Shown here: one piece after another, positions 18,401 to 27,825 of the stretch | How the letters are laid out: each line of letters starts with the position of its first letter | Position numbering within the stretch: the stretch's first letter is position 1 | Virus record (IMG/VR): IMGVR_UViG_3300009008_000050 | Coordinates: 1-52,950 of that record | DNA: 52,950 nt | Source of the DNA: a virus | Lineage: Duplodnaviria > Caudoviricetes | Strand: one strand, 5' to 3' | Notes under the pieces: generated by a model | Database searches by the model: none | Seen by the model: only the letters and a program-made list of their open reading frames with translations | What the model was told of the DNA's origin: nothing | Translations under genes and position numbers: made by a program

Positions 18401-18473
18401 AACATATGGTATACAGACTGTAGAAACCAATAACACCCCGGATACTTATAATGACACGAATGGCACTACATGA
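15453..18473 (+). CDS. Probable tail tape measure protein
   Basis: 1006 aa, Ala/Gly-rich and helical with a glycine-zipper segment; lies between the frameshifted chaperone and baseplate genes. Confidence 0.65.
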   Translation: MNGQAYAGYATYDNLSQIGQASTNQLNQMSVPGPVIGATGYNMAGSAMATYSSFQIQTDAINRQLQQQVGQEYADYQRRSYNFDLMGIAAMPILGAIGGAFAGGPGAVAGYAAGAGLMMALPSMAAEFGFLQLPESVTIEEQTKALMSEAVYGAAWSTMDPFTTRGLRGTSVLQAQDAAEELYSSMRSQGFQGAELSRLMPALQSIGAFSGTDNIDEMVAVAEQYISSIRDFISRTNAMMEDVVALVGVGGMFGLEGAGIENYLQSISRGAGASNMAPADFAEDAAMSAARLVGLGDDLTGVFEQYALTGAYTRGAARLSNEETWGSPFTPQEMAKQIAGLGIGRFTGSPSGMAQATAMSVSPGALDDYLSTGYVGSEAYNDYWDLSPTERYKAKYNVGEFLANNSSSLYLGDVSRIMNLAPDFGGDLEAGGAYLAERLNAEYNMGMTPVQGRNMLETYDFQRSISGQAQTWEYMTLVQPYEEKHQTALSEMTERIYRGLVGTQYITNKEVGWGTNNPWYDDEKGLKVIEGSRNFRFLSDDELSKMDANLIGLGNTESISYLVGREEGRAVDLVGLMYGAGEFVPNEQRMLTAVMNNSRLYRKTDNGDVLVEGVRAQIIDGEIRWIVSGDGAFNAGATSSVYKEGDDVTNYVTGATGARFGFRGDDLTDALAAITVGSYTSEESWNYANRYGVAGTLDEYIDLNFELADFERTNASGARNALEPLLLAQATQITISSSDWDFGWVDLRGRSSLDIARGIAYRKFGTTNISSLSEGERNWVASFVTQKYNRTFDLETATDSYTDFMGDEDIYSSLSTDQQKERMSNMSATDQKTLWDYFHGIRSDLPLHLRGVVSAMGLTNESGAQVLESAAHYQYRTALTAAETLIREELKLNNFNIEDAASGGIEGTALANYSGDNKELLGIIDYLRGGITAQERPGFISSVGHTPVLDIAASGSPELTDRTIAENTMNYSKEMVDILNHIKTYGIQTVETNNTPDTYNDTNGTT

Positions 18474-19564
18474 TAATTACGACACAAGAGGCTTTAGAGG
18501 ATTTCGTAGAAAGCCTAGAAGACGAGATTGAAATAGAAGAAGAGGGTGGGGCGGAAAGTTCAAAAAAACTTCTTCTTAAAAATACCGCTAACTTTATTGC
18601 GTTTGTAGAACCCGATAATTCTAACAATATACCTCCAACTACTGAAGGCTTTATATTAGAGCAGTATGCGACATTTCGTTGGCATCTTATCGACGGAGCC
18701 GCACCAGATGGCTATAAAACAATCGGCCCATTGATTGAAGCTATAAGAGGAAACGCTAGCATAATAAGCATTGACGAAATTCTTCTTCTTGACCCTGATG
18801 AAGGCGAAACATTAGACCCCACTGACCTAGGTAAGATTAATACAGCCACAGGGGGCGACTCGGCCTATATTATAGCAGATGACGTTGCGGAAGATAGACT
18901 TTATTTCGAGGAAGACTTCAGCCCAGAAGAAGAGGCGTCTGTTTCTACTGACGATTATTACACCACCGCCGGCATCTGGTCGGCAAGGCAATTCGACGGG
19001 GAGGAATTCGACCTTAACAACGTCATCGCCGCTGGCTTTAAAACTCCCGTGCGCCCTCTCAAGTATTCTTCGGACGACGTTCCTAGAAGAGAAGCCTCTC
19101 TTTATGTTGTTGGTTTAAATGGGGTGGTGTGGTTTGGTACGTCTAACTTTATTCTAGAAGCCGTACAGAAAATCGAACAAGAGGTGCCTATAACAATTTC
19201 GTCAATGGCTGGGAGTTCTATTAGCTTTGCATGTTCGCCTAACTCTACATATCGCTTTCAGGGGAGATTATTTGATGCGAGCAATTACGACTGGGCCCGA
19301 AACTGGGAATATAATTGGCAAGCGTACATGAAGGGCAAGGTTACTGCTAGAAATAATTGTAGAATCGTATTGCTTTATAACAATCAGATGATTTCTGGGT
19401 ATATGGTAAATTTTCAGTCCGCGTCTCAAGTTGGACTTCAGTTAATGGAAAGCATGATGTTTGACGTCTTTGTGTCGAATTATGAAATAATCCCGCCTGT
19501 TATAAATGTAGAGGGCGAGGAATATATTTCCGACACACTTACTTTATCCGAACGTGTGGAGTAA
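18470..19564 (+). CDS. Putative tail tube initiator/baseplate protein, paralog A
   Basis: C-terminal domain (WARNWEYNWQAYMKG) shared with the next ORF; position after tape measure. Confidence 0.5.
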   Translation: MIITTQEALEDFVESLEDEIEIEEEGGAESSKKLLLKNTANFIAFVEPDNSNNIPPTTEGFILEQYATFRWHLIDGAAPDGYKTIGPLIEAIRGNASIISIDEILLLDPDEGETLDPTDLGKINTATGGDSAYIIADDVAEDRLYFEEDFSPEEEASVSTDDYYTTAGIWSARQFDGEEFDLNNVIAAGFKTPVRPLKYSSDDVPRREASLYVVGLNGVVWFGTSNFILEAVQKIEQEVPITISSMAGSSISFACSPNSTYRFQGRLFDASNYDWARNWEYNWQAYMKGKVTARNNCRIVLLYNNQMISGYMVNFQSASQVGLQLMESMMFDVFVSNYEIIPPVINVEGEEYISDTLTLSERVE

Positions 19565-19566
19565 TA

Positions 19567-20784
19567 ATGGGAGCTGTTTTTAAAACCGTAGAAGATTTTG
19601 AAAGCGATGCCTTTTTCGACGCACTTATAGAAAACGCAGAAACGACGATAAAGTTTTTAACAGAAGAGGCTTTTCTCACAGAATCTGACGGCACTCCTAT
19701 TACAGAATCTTTCATTAATGCGAATTGGGACACTTTAATCGACGGAGAGCCCCCTACGGTTGACACTCCACACCTCGGCTTCCTTCTTGGGGCACAGCAT
19801 GTGCTTGACGAAGAGTTTCAAAAAGAAGGCTATAGACAGGAATATGATGCTTGGCAAATTTTAAAATACGAATCCGGGACCGATTCTTTTGTAGGGTATT
19901 TAGATTTAACAGTAGTGGCGCCCGAGGACGATGCCGCTATAGAAAAATGGGCGGAGATGCGATCTGAGTTATTAAGTGATATTGGGTATATTTATGAGTG
20001 GGGGGCGGACGATGACGACGGCAACCCGAAAGATAGCCCGATAAAACTAGAAGAATGCAGTTTTATAGACCGACTATATGTAGCAACGGATAGGCTTTTT
20101 GCAGAGTCACAAAACAATATTGATGCTAGCGACGACACAAATAGCCCCCACTTGCCTTTCCTTATTGGCAGCCCCCTTCGGCCTGTTAAACAGGCGAATT
20201 TCGATGGTAGTGTAGCGTGGAGTAACCTACCGACGATTAGCCGACAGATTTTTCCCCACTTCGAAAGACACCCGGGGGATAGACGCGCTACAATTAGAGT
20301 AATGACTAGTGATGGTATTATTTGGTTCAGTTCGACTAATCTTATCGTACAGGAAGTGGGGAAGGGAGACTCTGAAACAGTCGGCCCCTTGCCTACGTTT
20401 GATGGGACTACTGGAATATTTTTGCAATCAAACCCAAGGACTTTTGCTATTAAAGGTGGGCTTATTAGCGCCGACGACTATCAATGGGCTCGTTCGTGGG
20501 AATACAATTGGAGCAGGTATCTAAAAGGAAGCGAGACTCACCAAAGCGGAGCAAGGGTTTTCTTTTTTTATAACGGCTGGTTACTTGGGGGGCATTTGTT
20601 GAATTACTCGTTATCAGAAGCAGCCTCCTCTCCGCATTATTGCGCAATACAAATTTCTATATATGTTACAGACTATAAACCATTACCAAATACATCTGGC
20701 GAATGGGAAGAGTCAAGTGGGGAAAACTCAGGGAGTTACTATAGAAAAACTGGACAAACTTTAGACGAGGTAATGGGTCAATGA
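19567..20784 (+). CDS. Putative tail tube initiator/baseplate protein, paralog B
   Basis: C-terminal domain (WARSWEYNWSRYLKG) shared with the previous ORF. Confidence 0.5.
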   Translation: MGAVFKTVEDFESDAFFDALIENAETTIKFLTEEAFLTESDGTPITESFINANWDTLIDGEPPTVDTPHLGFLLGAQHVLDEEFQKEGYRQEYDAWQILKYESGTDSFVGYLDLTVVAPEDDAAIEKWAEMRSELLSDIGYIYEWGADDDDGNPKDSPIKLEECSFIDRLYVATDRLFAESQNNIDASDDTNSPHLPFLIGSPLRPVKQANFDGSVAWSNLPTISRQIFPHFERHPGDRRATIRVMTSDGIIWFSSTNLIVQEVGKGDSETVGPLPTFDGTTGIFLQSNPRTFAIKGGLISADDYQWARSWEYNWSRYLKGSETHQSGARVFFFYNGWLLGGHLLNYSLSEAASSPHYCAIQISIYVTDYKPLPNTSGEWEESSGENSGSYYRKTGQTLDEVMGQ

Positions 20785-23447
20785 GCGTAAGACAATATTT
20801 GCCAATAGTTTATATAGAGGGAATAAAATTCCCATGTCTAGGAATTACTATATCTTCAGGCATTGGGCAGCCTACTAGTATTAATATTCAACTTCCTCCC
20901 ACGAGCACAATGCGTCCGGATTGGGAAATTGAAGAGGCCACAGAAGAACAAGAAGACGACGGGTATATATGTGACTTTTCTGCAGAGGGAATTCAGCCTA
21001 AAAGCACCATACATGTTTTCTTACAAGATAAAAAGAATAAGGAAGAGATATTTCTTACGCAGGGAGTTATTTCTACTGTTGCGCAACGCGTTTCAGCCCA
21101 GGGGTTAGTTTATATGATAACGGCCGTTGGTGGCTTGGGTATTTTAAATGAAATAAGAACATATATGTTAGATTACCTACGAGGGGTAGAAAGCGCGTCG
21201 GGACAGCAGGTTGCTATTTCCGAGTTAAACAAGCTTCCTGGCTTAGAAGTGGTGCAATTACCCGCACAAATTTGGTCAACCTTAATGGAGAAAGGCTTCG
21301 GCGTCGGCATTAGAGATTATTTAGAATCGGCGGCAAAGGGGTCCAATGATTACTTAAATCTAATCTGGAGGCTTTATCGTTTTTCTCAGCGCTTTGTCTG
21401 CGTGGGAGGAAAAGAAGTTGAACAGAATATGTTCTGGGACGATAATATTCTTGAGACAGTACAGGACAAGATCCAATCGATTTTAAGCGTGGCGAATGGA
21501 ATGGCTCCGGTGGCAGATACCATTACACAGATTCTTCAATATGCTAGAATGAACCTTATTAATAATATAGCACCTAGCTTTGTCAACGTTTCGTACCCTA
21601 GCGGAATAGAAACACCTTCATTAATGATTGTATCCGAAGAAGAACAATCCAATAACGCGGTAGACGAAACGAAAGAAGGTCAGGCTTTTTGGGAGAAGGT
21701 AACCGCTACAACAGACACCTCAAAGAAAGCAACAATAGATAAAAATATTCTCCCGGATAACGAAGACACTTTAATGTTGTCAGACATATTAATAATGCCC
21801 GAACTCCCCCTTGCCCCGCCACCGAGATGTAATGTCTTATTTCCAACGCAATACCAGGGTTACGACTTTTCTCAATCCTTTTATCACAAGCCAACTAGAG
21901 GCTGGTGCCAAACGTCAGCGTCTCAAGCCTTCGTGAATAATACAAGCGATGACTCTCCGTTCCTTGTATTGCCAGAAGATATAAGAGAGGGTATTAATGA
22001 ATATGGGGTTCATTGGGCTTCCCCTGAAGAAATGTATCGCGGGATTATTTATTCTCAGTTTAATTCGTTGCGGCCAGACTACTTGCTAGATAATAATGAT
22101 GCGTTTATAAAGGGCGTGATGAAACATGCGTACGAACGGGCAAAGCATTCCGGGAACGCGCTCTCTATCACTGGAGGAGCCCTTAACTTTAACCCTGTTT
22201 TAGGCCTGCCAATACTAGTTTTAACCGAAAGCGAAAATCATATGATTGGTACGCTTGTTGGGATTTCACATACAATTACAACACAGGGAAGTCATACGGA
22301 GTATTCGATAGCAGAACCACGAGATTACAAAGAGTCTATACCAGAGTCAAGCTCGGATCTATTCTGGTCAAGCAAGGTGTTTGACAATTCGGTAATTGGC
22401 TCGTTGTTATACCACCAGATTCTTGGGAAGAATTATGCATATTCTTTAATAGAAACCGCAGAAAAATACCCTACGATAGACGAGCTTACATTAGCAGATC
22501 TACCTCACGAGATTTTAACAATTATAGAAAATAGCAACCCCATCTGGACTGAGTTGTCCGAAGAAATAGACTTGTCGGAAATAAAAATAACCGATGTATT
22601 GTTTAGCGATATGTCTATTTTAGCTCATCTAGAAACCGTTGATACCGAGACAGAATCTATAGTAGACCTACTGGGCACTGGTGGTGTTTTGGATGTAGCT
22701 GTTCAAGAGTTCTTTGGGGATAGCACTGATACCGAAACGGCAGAAGAAATGATTGATAATCTTAACACTCTTTCCTCGGTATTAGGTGCTAGTATAGATG
22801 AATACGAAGATATTACCACAAAGAAAAGAGCGCCTGACGCGATTGAAAAAGCTGTGGACGCGCTGTTTGCGGAATACAAAGATCAAGGCAGTCCGGATCA
22901 ATATGTGTATAACTACGGGAGAAGAATCCCTGTGGGTCGTGATCAACTTTTTACAGACTTCTACGGCGCGAGGGGGTCTTCCGATCGCTTTTCGTATGTG
23001 GGTGGATATAGCGTACAAAAGAACACATTAACGCCGCGTGTAGACGATACGCCCGGGACTATTGGCGAAACAACAATGCCTATATTCGGATTACCCAGCA
23101 TAGACAGCACTGAGGCGCCAGACAGCACTACTGGCAGTGCAACAGAAGAAGCTGACGGAATGGAGAACGTAGAAGCCGGAGAACAAATAATTGACGACGC
23201 TAACGACATTACTCTTGTTAAGGGCGAGCCTATTAGCGCTGACTTTGACATAGGCGGTTGTTTTTATTTAGAGAAGCAGAGGGCGTTAATAGGCCCAGCT
23301 AATACTTTGTTGACTCTCGTAGAAAATTCTATTTTTCAAGATATAACACAAATCTCAGGTGCTGGCGCTTTGAATATAGGACTATCATTGCCAAGCATTG
23401 TAGAAGAAAACACAGGCAGCTACGGAGGCGATACTAATGGCGAATGA
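20781..23447 (+). CDS. Putative baseplate hub protein
   Basis: Beta-rich N-terminus (VYIEGIKFP..ITISSGIGQP..INIQLPP) and a hub-like GTLVGISHTI segment; synteny. Confidence 0.5.
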   Translation: MSVRQYLPIVYIEGIKFPCLGITISSGIGQPTSINIQLPPTSTMRPDWEIEEATEEQEDDGYICDFSAEGIQPKSTIHVFLQDKKNKEEIFLTQGVISTVAQRVSAQGLVYMITAVGGLGILNEIRTYMLDYLRGVESASGQQVAISELNKLPGLEVVQLPAQIWSTLMEKGFGVGIRDYLESAAKGSNDYLNLIWRLYRFSQRFVCVGGKEVEQNMFWDDNILETVQDKIQSILSVANGMAPVADTITQILQYARMNLINNIAPSFVNVSYPSGIETPSLMIVSEEEQSNNAVDETKEGQAFWEKVTATTDTSKKATIDKNILPDNEDTLMLSDILIMPELPLAPPPRCNVLFPTQYQGYDFSQSFYHKPTRGWCQTSASQAFVNNTSDDSPFLVLPEDIREGINEYGVHWASPEEMYRGIIYSQFNSLRPDYLLDNNDAFIKGVMKHAYERAKHSGNALSITGGALNFNPVLGLPILVLTESENHMIGTLVGISHTITTQGSHTEYSIAEPRDYKESIPESSSDLFWSSKVFDNSVIGSLLYHQILGKNYAYSLIETAEKYPTIDELTLADLPHEILTIIENSNPIWTELSEEIDLSEIKITDVLFSDMSILAHLETVDTETESIVDLLGTGGVLDVAVQEFFGDSTDTETAEEMIDNLNTLSSVLGASIDEYEDITTKKRAPDAIEKAVDALFAEYKDQGSPDQYVYNYGRRIPVGRDQLFTDFYGARGSSDRFSYVGGYSVQKNTLTPRVDDTPGTIGETTMPIFGLPSIDSTEAPDSTTGSATEEADGMENVEAGEQIIDDANDITLVKGEPISADFDIGGCFYLEKQRALIGPANTLLTLVENSIFQDITQISGAGALNIGLSLPSIVEENTGSYGGDTNGE

Positions 23448-24153
23448 AGAACTAAAACAACACCAACAGGACCTGTGGTCTAGTTGGAGCGTTTCTAAGG
23501 ACGATACACACATGTCTAGTCTCTTAGACTCTCTACAGCCCCTCATAAAGAGCCGTATAACGAAGTTTGTGCGCGGGCCTATACCATATAGCGTATTATT
23601 GGGTCAGGCTAATCTACTGGCGCGTGACGCGCTCGAGAAGTACGACCCCGAGAAGGCGCAGCTTACCACATATCTAGTGCACCAGCTCCGCCCAATGGAG
23701 AGGTTCGTGTCTCAAAATCAAAATATTAAATACGTCCCCGAGCACGTTTCTATGGAGTTTGGTCGATATGAGAATACGCTCCGCACCCTCGAGAACTCTC
23801 TTGGTAGGCACCCTACTCATGAAGAGATTGCAAAAGAGATGGAGGTTACTCAGCGAACCGTATCTCTTATTGAGAAGGGAATCGCCCCTGAGCAGATTGC
23901 GTCGTCAGTACCTGGAGAGATGGGCGACGAGTTGCAATTCTCTGAAGAAATTTCCTCTCGACAGGGTGACCTCGCTGCTTATTTGAGAGCGGAACTAGGC
24001 GGGAATCAACTGAAAGCGTTCGACATGATTTCGGGTCGGAAAGGAAAGGCTAAGAGCCCACAGGAGATAGCAGAAAAACTTAAAGTCGAAGTGGGGGACG
24101 TCTATAATTGGAGACGACAATGGACCGATCGGCTGAAAGAAGTTGAAAATTGA
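23437..24153 (+). CDS. Sigma70-family RNA polymerase sigma factor (FliA/WhiG-like size)
   Basis: Region 2 ALEKYDPEKAQLTTY, region 3 LGRHPTHEEIAKEM, region 4 HTH SPQEIAEKLKV; GGAGG RBS. Confidence 0.85.
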   Translation: MANEELKQHQQDLWSSWSVSKDDTHMSSLLDSLQPLIKSRITKFVRGPIPYSVLLGQANLLARDALEKYDPEKAQLTTYLVHQLRPMERFVSQNQNIKYVPEHVSMEFGRYENTLRTLENSLGRHPTHEEIAKEMEVTQRTVSLIEKGIAPEQIASSVPGEMGDELQFSEEISSRQGDLAAYLRAELGGNQLKAFDMISGRKGKAKSPQEIAEKLKVEVGDVYNWRRQWTDRLKEVEN

Positions 24154-26249
24154 TAAAGTGTAAGAAAGACTCCATATTGCCAGACCCAGACCCTGGGCAG
24201 TCTCCAGGGCAGGGCCCTAGCCAGGGCTCAGGGTATGCCCCTGGCATAACCCCGGGCACCCCAGGAGCGGGGCCAGGGGCGGGGAGCGGCCCATCATCAG
24301 GTGGCTCTCAAAGTGATGTAGAACAGGGCGGTGGTGGCGGTGGTGCACAGCCAGGTAATGAGCCTAAGCTTAATGTCACGAAAGGGATGTCTTGCGCTGG
24401 GCCAAACCTTCCAGAAGGCGCAGAAAAGGTTATGGGGGCTATCCAGAACGGAGTGGGGGCCGTCTGTGCGATGGGGTGCTTTGTTAAAATGTTAATTCTA
24501 ACAGCAAGGCAGGACGTAGAGGGCCTTAATATAGACCTAAGCGAAACCTTTACTTCTCTACAAAACATGATGTTGGCTTTAGCTGGGAGCTCTCTCACAC
24601 CCGTTACCAACTACGCACTAGGGATGCTAAATACCATAGCGGCCCTTTTGTCAAATACTATAAATGAAATCGCTGATATCGTGGGGAATTTTGCTAATAT
24701 TCTTAAATCTATGGTGGCAAGCGTTGTCATGCAGTCTCTCGGAGCTTTAATAATGGCAATTGCCCAAAACACAGTAAATGCTCTGAAGCAAGACTTACAA
24801 AACAGAATCGATGTAATAGAAGACATAAAAACAGACAATGGCTTAATAAGGCGAAAAATGCAGTCTGTCTCTGGCTTAGGCTTTTGGGATGATTTAAAAG
24901 CAGCTATTATTGCTTCGCGAGGAAGCGTCCGTAGCGCTAAGAGAAACTTGGCTAGTGGCTACTCAAACCTTGGCGGGGGGCAAGATGCTTCTCCTAGGAT
25001 AGAGGCCGCTGAGCGCAATTTATGGCAGTCTGTATGGCATCTATCTTCTGATAGCGAAAAGGAGGCTTTGCTTGGAGAAGGCATGGAAAACACAGGCGCC
25101 TGGTCTATTGAGTGGGATGCTCTTAATATCTACAAGGGTGGTTTTTCACAGGTGAGTATCTATTTTTCTGAAGCCTGGGCGGCTATCCAGAGAATTTCGT
25201 CTAATTACACGTGTTTAATACGCATCGGCGGACGCCTCTCCATCTATCAAACCATTTTACTTGCCGTAGAACGCCTTGTCGACTTTGTTGTTGATTTTAC
25301 AGACGATCAATGGAGTGCTAGCGAGTTTATTGGTGCATCTCTTAGCTTTAAAATTCCAGGAGTAAGCTCTATGTTGATTGGGGTTCACGACAGGTTAGCT
25401 GGTATAGAAACATCCATGAATGATGTTGTCGCTAACGACCAAAAATACATAGCCCCCGTAATGTCTGAGACTTGGAAGACAGAACTTAACGCCCTTCGAT
25501 ATGTTTTAAATTCTCTTATAGGCGGAGCGCCTATTGTCGATATTAATATAGGCTTATTGGATCCTAGTAAATTAGTGATATCGCCACAGGCTTCACAAAT
25601 AAGCGTAGACGCTCTCAATGACTTCAACGCAATAATGCATCCAGAGTACGAGGGGGCTTTTTGTATAACTGATGCTGATTTTACCCAGGACCGTGTCATG
25701 AGCCTGGCTGAGTCTTTTGTTGGGCTAAGCCTTTCTGTACCTAATATCATATTCTCATTTGATTCATGGAAAGAAGATTCTATAAGCTTCGATAACCAGA
25801 TATCATCTGTTCAAGATTATGATATGTCCATTCTCGATTTAATAGCCCGTTTTAGCGGATACGAGCACGACTCGTTCGATACGCTATCTTATCTGCTTGA
25901 AAAAATCGGCGGGAAAGACCTTGTGGCGAGTTTAGAAAAGGGGGAGTTGGCGGAGGTTTTGTCAGCGGGGGCGGATTACCTTGGACCAATAAGCTCCGTC
26001 TTAGATTGCCTAGGGGTTGTTCTGGAGGGGTTTGATATTGACACAAGCAACCTTCCCGCTTCTCTAGGAATAGAAATAGAAGAAAAAATGGCCGTTATAT
26101 TCGGCGATGCGCAGGTAGCCCAAAGAAGCGGGATGACAATGCCAGCAATCCAATATAATATAATCAGTGACTTACAAGAAAAAATATCATCGAAGATAGC
26201 TTATATAGGTGATCTTATAGGGAGACTACAGAGGGGGTGCCCGGAATGA
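24150..26249 (+). CDS. Hypothetical helical protein in the baseplate module with a Pro/Gly-rich N-terminus
   Basis: 699-aa ORF overlapping both neighbours; the TTG start is uncertain. Confidence 0.65.
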   Translation: MIKCKKDSILPDPDPGQSPGQGPSQGSGYAPGITPGTPGAGPGAGSGPSSGGSQSDVEQGGGGGGAQPGNEPKLNVTKGMSCAGPNLPEGAEKVMGAIQNGVGAVCAMGCFVKMLILTARQDVEGLNIDLSETFTSLQNMMLALAGSSLTPVTNYALGMLNTIAALLSNTINEIADIVGNFANILKSMVASVVMQSLGALIMAIAQNTVNALKQDLQNRIDVIEDIKTDNGLIRRKMQSVSGLGFWDDLKAAIIASRGSVRSAKRNLASGYSNLGGGQDASPRIEAAERNLWQSVWHLSSDSEKEALLGEGMENTGAWSIEWDALNIYKGGFSQVSIYFSEAWAAIQRISSNYTCLIRIGGRLSIYQTILLAVERLVDFVVDFTDDQWSASEFIGASLSFKIPGVSSMLIGVHDRLAGIETSMNDVVANDQKYIAPVMSETWKTELNALRYVLNSLIGGAPIVDINIGLLDPSKLVISPQASQISVDALNDFNAIMHPEYEGAFCITDADFTQDRVMSLAESFVGLSLSVPNIIFSFDSWKEDSISFDNQISSVQDYDMSILDLIARFSGYEHDSFDTLSYLLEKIGGKDLVASLEKGELAEVLSAGADYLGPISSVLDCLGVVLEGFDIDTSNLPASLGIEIEEKMAVIFGDAQVAQRSGMTMPAIQYNIISDLQEKISSKIAYIGDLIGRLQRGCPE

Positions 26250-26707
26250 AAGATATAACAACTGTAATTTTTAGTGGCGGAGAAAATTCAAATACTTATA
26301 CGACAGCTAAGGGCCTAAGGGGCCGAGAGCTCTCTTACGGGAGAAGCGGGGCGTCTTTGTTGACCCAAATGATAGTTTCTTGGCTCTACAAAACCCCGGG
26401 GAGGGACGCGATAGACCCTTCTTTTGGGGGTGGGCTTGCAGAATTAGTATATACGAATCCGTCTGACAGAGCCAATACAGAACATAAAATAGTAATGGCT
26501 GTCGCCGCCGTAGAAAGCCAAATGAAAGCATTACAGACGGGAAAAGATTACCCGCGCGATGAAATGTTGAAACGCCTTGCAATCCATCCAACAAAGGGTA
26601 TAATTTTCCATGAGGATACACACCGCTGGGAAATAAATATTATAGCCGAGTCGTTGGCTAACGAACAGATGGTTATTAATGTACCCATAGGAGATACAAA
26701 TGTATGA
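26246..26707 (+). CDS. Baseplate wedge gp25/W-like protein
   Basis: LLTQMIVSWLYKTPGRDAIDPSFGGGL matches the gp25 pattern (L.T..G....P.FG..L); directly precedes the J-like gene; ATGA overlap. Confidence 0.75.
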   Translation: MKDITTVIFSGGENSNTYTTAKGLRGRELSYGRSGASLLTQMIVSWLYKTPGRDAIDPSFGGGLAELVYTNPSDRANTEHKIVMAVAAVESQMKALQTGKDYPRDEMLKRLAIHPTKGIIFHEDTHRWEINIIAESLANEQMVINVPIGDTNV

Positions 26708-27818
26708 GAGAATATTAAATTTTGTAAAGAATTACCTAGAAGAGTTCGAAGAATTTCAGGACATGGCGTTCCGACCAGGTACTGGTATCTGGGATTTATT
26801 CGTAAAAGCTTTTGCAATGCTATACCGCCGCGTGATGATTCTATTAGATACGGCCGTTGCTGATCTAGACATAAGAAATTATGCCACAATGACCGAGCGG
26901 GCCATGAATATGCTTGGGCGAATGTGGTTTATAGAAAGAACAGAGGGCGGCTATTCGTATGGACAAGTTAGGGTTTATTTAACTACCCCCGTTTCGGCAA
27001 ACGTACCATCCGGGATTACTTTTTCTACAGCCGATAACAAGCAGTTTAAAACTTACGAGGACGTTTCTTTTAGTGCTACTCAAGTAATGAACAATAGAAG
27101 CGGAAATGAATTTTATATATCTCTTCCTGTGAGATCTATTCAAAAAGGTACGCAGTATAACGTGCCGGCTAGATCGGTAACTAATGTAATTTCCTCAACA
27201 ACCCTTCCTTGGGCTAGCGTTACAAACCTACAGCCGATAACAGGCGGGGCCGCTAGCGAGAATAATACAGAATATTATAATCGCATTGTAAACTCCGTAA
27301 ACACCCGTGATCTTCTTATTACAAAGGGGAGCGTGGCTACTAGCTTATACGAAGCTTTCCCCACATTTACAGATATAGAAGTTGTCGCAGCGGGGGATGA
27401 TAATATGGATAGAGATCTTTTATTAGGTGTTGTAATGGGCGGAGACGGGGAAGAGCCATATACAAAATCGGACTTCTATGGAAAAACTTTAGGGTCCCTA
27501 GAAAGAAATAAAAGCGAAGCCCATTGGTATTCTATTGACACACAAACACCGACGAGCGACGACGTAGGCTCGGAGCTTGCCAACGACGAATATTGGGATC
27601 TTGCCGCTTATGATTTGGATTATTTTCAATGCAAGGGAGGCTCTTTGTTTTCAGATCAATTTGAAAACAATACAACCTTCACTGACGTTGACTCTAATTG
27701 GATTGCATACGATAACGGCTACGAATATGGGAGAACTCAATACTCTCAAAGTATACATGCCTATAATGGGTATTTATTAATAGGGGAGACTGCGTCAACT
27801 CAGTCTTCTACGATATAG
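26700..27818 (+). CDS. Baseplate J-like wedge protein (N-terminal part)
   Basis: VPSGITFST, GTQYNVPARS, VTNLQPITGGAASENNTEYYNRI. Confidence 0.8.
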   Translation: MYERILNFVKNYLEEFEEFQDMAFRPGTGIWDLFVKAFAMLYRRVMILLDTAVADLDIRNYATMTERAMNMLGRMWFIERTEGGYSYGQVRVYLTTPVSANVPSGITFSTADNKQFKTYEDVSFSATQVMNNRSGNEFYISLPVRSIQKGTQYNVPARSVTNVISSTTLPWASVTNLQPITGGAASENNTEYYNRIVNSVNTRDLLITKGSVATSLYEAFPTFTDIEVVAAGDDNMDRDLLLGVVMGGDGEEPYTKSDFYGKTLGSLERNKSEAHWYSIDTQTPTSDDVGSELANDEYWDLAAYDLDYFQCKGGSLFSDQFENNTTFTDVDSNWIAYDNGYEYGRTQYSQSIHAYNGYLLIGETASTQSSTI

Positions 27819-27825
27819 GAGTATT

